Shown one piece after another: positions 25,910 through 28,869 of a stretch of 28,869 nt of DNA. Every line of letters begins with the position of its first letter. Positions within the stretch are counted from its first letter, which is position 1. The position numbers and the translations under genes are program-made. The notes under the pieces were generated by a model. The model was not told where the DNA came from and did not search any database. It worked only from the letters and a program-made list of their open reading frames with translations. The DNA lies in the IMG/VR virus record IMGVR_UViG_3300031938_000024, positions 1 through 28,869 of that record; one strand, 5' to 3'. Source of the DNA: a virus. Its lineage: Duplodnaviria > Caudoviricetes.

Positions 25910-25974
25910 GTTGCCTGGCAAAGTTGACAGTGCATGGATTTCCATGCGACGTTAACTGCATGGAAAATCACGCA
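25891..25974. promoter_or_regulatory. Three operator-like sites
   Basis: GTGCATGAATTTTGCAC 25891-25907; GCATGGA-TT-TCCATGC 25932-25947 (perfect IR); TGCATGGAAAATCACGCA 25957-25974. Confidence 0.7.
25924..25953 (+). promoter_or_regulatory. Rightward (early lytic) promoter
   Basis: Perfect TTGACA, 18-nt spacer, TGn-GACGTT, 6 nt before ATG 25960 (leaderless). Confidence 0.6.
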
Positions 25975-26283
25975 GTCGAGAAGCAGGCGGCCGACGATGT
26001 TCGCCGGCTCGCCGACGAGGTCCGGGCGGCCTTCGAGGAGCATGCGAACGACGTCGTCCGCCGGATCGCCGAGGAGGTTCGCGCCGAGCTCGCTCGCAAG
26101 CGACTTCCGGCCCGAAAGCTCGCCGCTGTGCTCGGCGTCACCGAGGGAACCGTAGGTCGTCGGTTGAACGGTGAGACTCCGTTCAACACGATCGAGCTGA
26201 TCCTGACGTCGGGTTTTCTCGGGCTGAGCTACACCGAGCTCACGGACCGCGCGACTCGTGGTCTGCTGGCGGCGGCATCGTGA
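25960..26283 (+). CDS. Cro-like HTH DNA-binding protein
   Basis: EVRAELARKRLPARKLAAVLGVTEGTVGRRLNGETPF..EL motif. Confidence 0.85.
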   Translation: MENHAVEKQAADDVRRLADEVRAAFEEHANDVVRRIAEEVRAELARKRLPARKLAAVLGVTEGTVGRRLNGETPFNTIELILTSGFLGLSYTELTDRATRGLLAAAS

Positions 26284-26444
26284 GCGGCGCAGGGATTGTG
26301 TCGAAGGTCGAGCCGTCGGACGCCGCGTGGCGGCGATCTGGCGACATCGCCGCCCGCATCCTCGAGAACCTCGCTCAGCGCGACGCCCGCGCCGCTGCTG
26401 AGCGCGAGCCCTCGAGCTCAGCGCAGTTGGTGAGCGCCGCATGA
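26280..26444 (+). CDS. Small hypothetical protein (54 aa), absent from the ORF track
   Basis: GTGA and ATGA overlaps at its two ends; MSGAGIVSKVEPSDAAWRRSGDIAARILENLAQRDARAAAEREPSSSAQLVSAA. Confidence 0.65.
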   Translation: MSGAGIVSKVEPSDAAWRRSGDIAARILENLAQRDARAAAEREPSSSAQLVSAA

Positions 26445-26719
26445 ACTCCCGGTCTGGGGGCCGGGTGCCCGCTGGGGTATCGGGCGTGGCTGGTCGGGGC
26501 ACCGTGGGGACGGTTGCCCCGGCCGGTCGACTGAGTCCGCTCGTCCGCGCCGCCGCCGTTGGCTACTTCATCGCCGGGGTCATCGTCGGGATCGTCGCGA
26601 TCTCGCTCGCCCCGTGGGGTCTGCTGCTCCTCGTCTTCGCGCTCGCCGCGGTGTTCGTCGCCTTCTTCCTGCACCTCATGGCCGAGGGGCTCGCCACGAT
26701 CGAGAGGGACGAAGCATGA
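26441..26719 (+). CDS. Two-TM membrane protein
   Basis: ATGA overlaps on both sides; hydrophobic hairpin. Confidence 0.65.
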   Translation: MNSRSGGRVPAGVSGVAGRGTVGTVAPAGRLSPLVRAAAVGYFIAGVIVGIVAISLAPWGLLLLVFALAAVFVAFFLHLMAEGLATIERDEA

Positions 26720-27462
26720 GCGCGCTCGAGGTCTTCCAGTACGCCGACCGCGAGGTTCGCACGATCTCGATCGACGGCGAACTCTGGTTCGTGCTCGCCG
26801 ACATCTGCGGCGTGCTCGGCATCGCGAACTCCGGCAACGTCGCTGCGCGCCTCGACGGGGCTGATATCCGTCAGACGGATATCAGGTCCGGCGGCCAGGC
26901 CCGGTCGGTCACGATCGTCTCCGAGTCCGGCATGTACGAGGTCGTCATCCGCTCGGACAAGCCCGAGGCTCGCCGGTTCCGCTGGTGGGTCACGCACGAG
27001 GTCATCCCGTCGATCCGTCGCACCGGCGCCTATGTCGTCGAGACACCTGAACAACTCATGGCGCGAGCCGTGCTCAACGCGCAAGAGATCATCGCCCGCA
27101 AGGACGAGCAGATCGCCACGCTCGCACCGAAGGCCGAGGCGTGGGAGGAGATCGCCGACGCCGGGAGCGACTACGCGGTGCGCGATGTCGCCCCGATGCT
27201 CAGCCGCGCCGGGATCGAGACCGGCCCGCAGCGGCTGTTCGCCTCGCTCAGCGAGCTCGGCTGGATCTACCGCGGCGAGAAGCAGCGGTGGTCGCCGTAC
27301 GCCCGCGCCGTCGACTCCGGCTATCTCAAGGTCCGCGCGATGCCGCCGTACCGCGACCGCGACTCGGGCGACCTCGTGCCCGCGGCTCCGCAGGTGCGCG
27401 TCACCCCGCGAGGTGTCGAGCGGCTCCGAGTCCTGCTCGGCGTCGGCACCCTCACCCACTGA
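26716..27462 (+). CDS. Phage antirepressor (BRO-N plus KilA-C/ANT)
   Basis: VRTISIDGELWFVLADIC, VSESGMYEVVIRSDKPEA..F..WVT.EVIPSIRRTG.Y, LAPKA, VRVTPRG. Confidence 0.93.
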   Translation: MSALEVFQYADREVRTISIDGELWFVLADICGVLGIANSGNVAARLDGADIRQTDIRSGGQARSVTIVSESGMYEVVIRSDKPEARRFRWWVTHEVIPSIRRTGAYVVETPEQLMARAVLNAQEIIARKDEQIATLAPKAEAWEEIADAGSDYAVRDVAPMLSRAGIETGPQRLFASLSELGWIYRGEKQRWSPYARAVDSGYLKVRAMPPYRDRDSGDLVPAAPQVRVTPRGVERLRVLLGVGTLTH

Positions 27463-27477
27463 CCACCTACACACGAC

Positions 27478-27509
27478 GGTGGGGCGCCCGTTGCACCGGA
27501 CGCCCCACC
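27478..27509 (+). terminator. Intergenic hairpin in the early operon
   Basis: GGTGGGGCG-c-CCG-ttgcac-CGG-a-CGCCCCACC. Confidence 0.5.
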
Positions 27510-27528
27510 CAAAACGAAAGGCAAGCAC

Positions 27529-27816
27529 ATGCCTCAGACACAGGATACCGAGGACGTCGCCGTCACGGTGAGCGGGTTCGAACCCCTCACCGCCGACATG
27601 CACGTGAGCGGCCTCATCCGCACGGACTCCGTCGTCCCCGAGCGCCGCGGCGTCTGGCCGCTCGCGCCGTGGCGACGGGTGCTGCTGCTCTCCGCTCTCC
27701 TGCTCGCCGCGCTCTGCGGCCCGGCCGCCGCAGCGCCGGGAGTCAACGGCGCTGAGCTCGGACTCCTCATCAGCTTCGGCGCGTTCGTCGCCACATTCAC
27801 CCCCGGGAGGGACTGA
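27529..27816 (+). CDS. Hypothetical membrane protein
   Basis: GAAAGG upstream; two C-terminal hydrophobic segments. Confidence 0.65.
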   Translation: MPQTQDTEDVAVTVSGFEPLTADMHVSGLIRTDSVVPERRGVWPLAPWRRVLLLSALLLAALCGPAAAAPGVNGAELGLLISFGAFVATFTPGRD

Positions 27817-27818
27817 AC

Positions 27819-28799
27819 ATGACCCCGCAGATTACCGAGGCTCGCGTCGTCGTACCCGACGACGCACCCCGCACCGTCTGGATGCTCGAGCGCGGCGAAG
27901 GTGTCACCGCCTCCGATGCATGGAAGATTGCGCGCGCCGGCATCAAGGCCCGCCGCACGATCGCCGAGCAGAAGATGAACGGCTCCACCTTCCGCGGCAA
28001 CAAGGCCACGAACGCGGGCCACGCTCGCGAGGCTGCGCTGCTCGACGAAGCGGCCGAGCGCCTCGCTGCGCTCACCCCGAACGGTGCGCTCTGGGCGTCC
28101 GTCGAGAACGACCTGCACCGGGCGACGCCGGATGCCATTGGCATCGACCCGGACGGCGCGCTCGTCGTCGTCGAGGTCAAGTCGCACGAGGACGGATGGA
28201 AGTCTGACGAGATCCCGGTCGAGCACCTCGCTCAGATGCAGTGGCAGATCCACGTGCTCGGCGCCGACTACGCCCTCTATGGGTTTGAGGTCCGCGACGA
28301 GGACGATATGCCTCCGATCGAGGGCGCGACCTGGATTCCGGTCCCTCGCGACGAGGAGATGATCGCGTGGCTCGTCGAGCGCGCCGACGACTTCATCGCC
28401 TGGCGCGACGCCGGATGCCCCGACGTCGACGACCTCCCGGCAGACGTTGCCGAGGCGGTCGCCGAGTGGGCGCCTCTGAAGCGCGATCTCGACGCGGCCG
28501 TCGCGTCGGAGAAGGTCGCGAACGCGAAGGTCAAGTCCGCTACGGCGAAGCTTCCCGGCGCGCTGCGGTTCGGCGCAGTCGGCATGACCGAGCACGGCGG
28601 CTTTCAGACCACCGTGTCCGAGACGGTGTCGATCGACGAGGCCGCGTGGAAGGCCGCCGCACCCGAGGTGCACGCGCACGTCGAGGCGTTGCGCGTCGAA
28701 CTCGCCGTGCTCGAGGCATCCGCGCTGAAGCACTTCCCGCGCGTCACCCGCAAGGCGCCGTCGCTGCGATTCCAGGAGGTTGAGAATGTCGACGACTGA
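27819..28799 (+). CDS. YqaJ/lambda-exonuclease-like recombination nuclease
   Basis: R..GVTASD, GHARE, ATPDAI...VEVKS, QMQWQIHVLG motifs; GGGAGG RBS. Confidence 0.92.
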   Translation: MTPQITEARVVVPDDAPRTVWMLERGEGVTASDAWKIARAGIKARRTIAEQKMNGSTFRGNKATNAGHAREAALLDEAAERLAALTPNGALWASVENDLHRATPDAIGIDPDGALVVVEVKSHEDGWKSDEIPVEHLAQMQWQIHVLGADYALYGFEVRDEDDMPPIEGATWIPVPRDEEMIAWLVERADDFIAWRDAGCPDVDDLPADVAEAVAEWAPLKRDLDAAVASEKVANAKVKSATAKLPGALRFGAVGMTEHGGFQTTVSETVSIDEAAWKAAAPEVHAHVEALRVELAVLEASALKHFPRVTRKAPSLRFQEVENVDD

Positions 28800-28869
28800 G
28801 CTCATCGAGAAGAAGACCATCGGCGAGGTCGAGCACATCGTGCACGCCTCGGGTGAGTGGGACGGCACC
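28786..28869 (+). CDS. 5' part of the next early gene (possibly a RecT/Bet-like annealase, by position only)
   Basis: AGGAGG RBS and ATG 28786; MSTTELIEKKTIGEVEHIVHASGEWDGT runs off the window. Confidence 0.55.
   Translation, partial: MSTTELIEKKTIGEVEHIVHASGEWDGT

Larger units (their letters stand above)
1..28869. mobile_element. Temperate siphophage or prophage genome segment (HK97-like head, long non-contractile tail, serine integrase); probable Microbacteriaceae host
   Basis: Contiguous terminase-portal-protease-capsid-tail-lysis genes, then integrase/immunity/antirepressor/exonuclease genes, with many ATGA/GTGA overlaps. Confidence 0.97.

Overview
High-GC window from a temperate HK97-like siphophage. 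The host is probably a Microbacteriaceae member such as Microbacterium, inferred from gene families recalled from memory. Left to right: end-of-genome accessory genes (membrane protein, DUF2188-like, HNH, stand-alone LysM, antisense HEPN-motif gene); a candidate cos region; a complete packaging/head/tail operon (TerS, TerL, portal-MuF fusion, protease, capsid, connectors, major tail, frameshifted tail chaperone, tape measure, tail tip); a lysis cassette; an accessory region; a leftward repressor-ImmA-large serine integrase operon; and the start of the early lytic operon (Cro-like, antirepressor, YqaJ exonuclease). The most striking feature is a pair of 42-bp att-like inverted-repeat sites with identical arm geometry (centres 20688/9 and 23562/3). 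They bracket a 2874-bp, five-gene, host-like segment next to the integrase, and their arms re-assort into two more symmetric parental sites. This suggests integrase-mediated cassette capture or exchange, or two prophages inserted 2.9 kb apart. All family names come from motif recognition, not from database searches.
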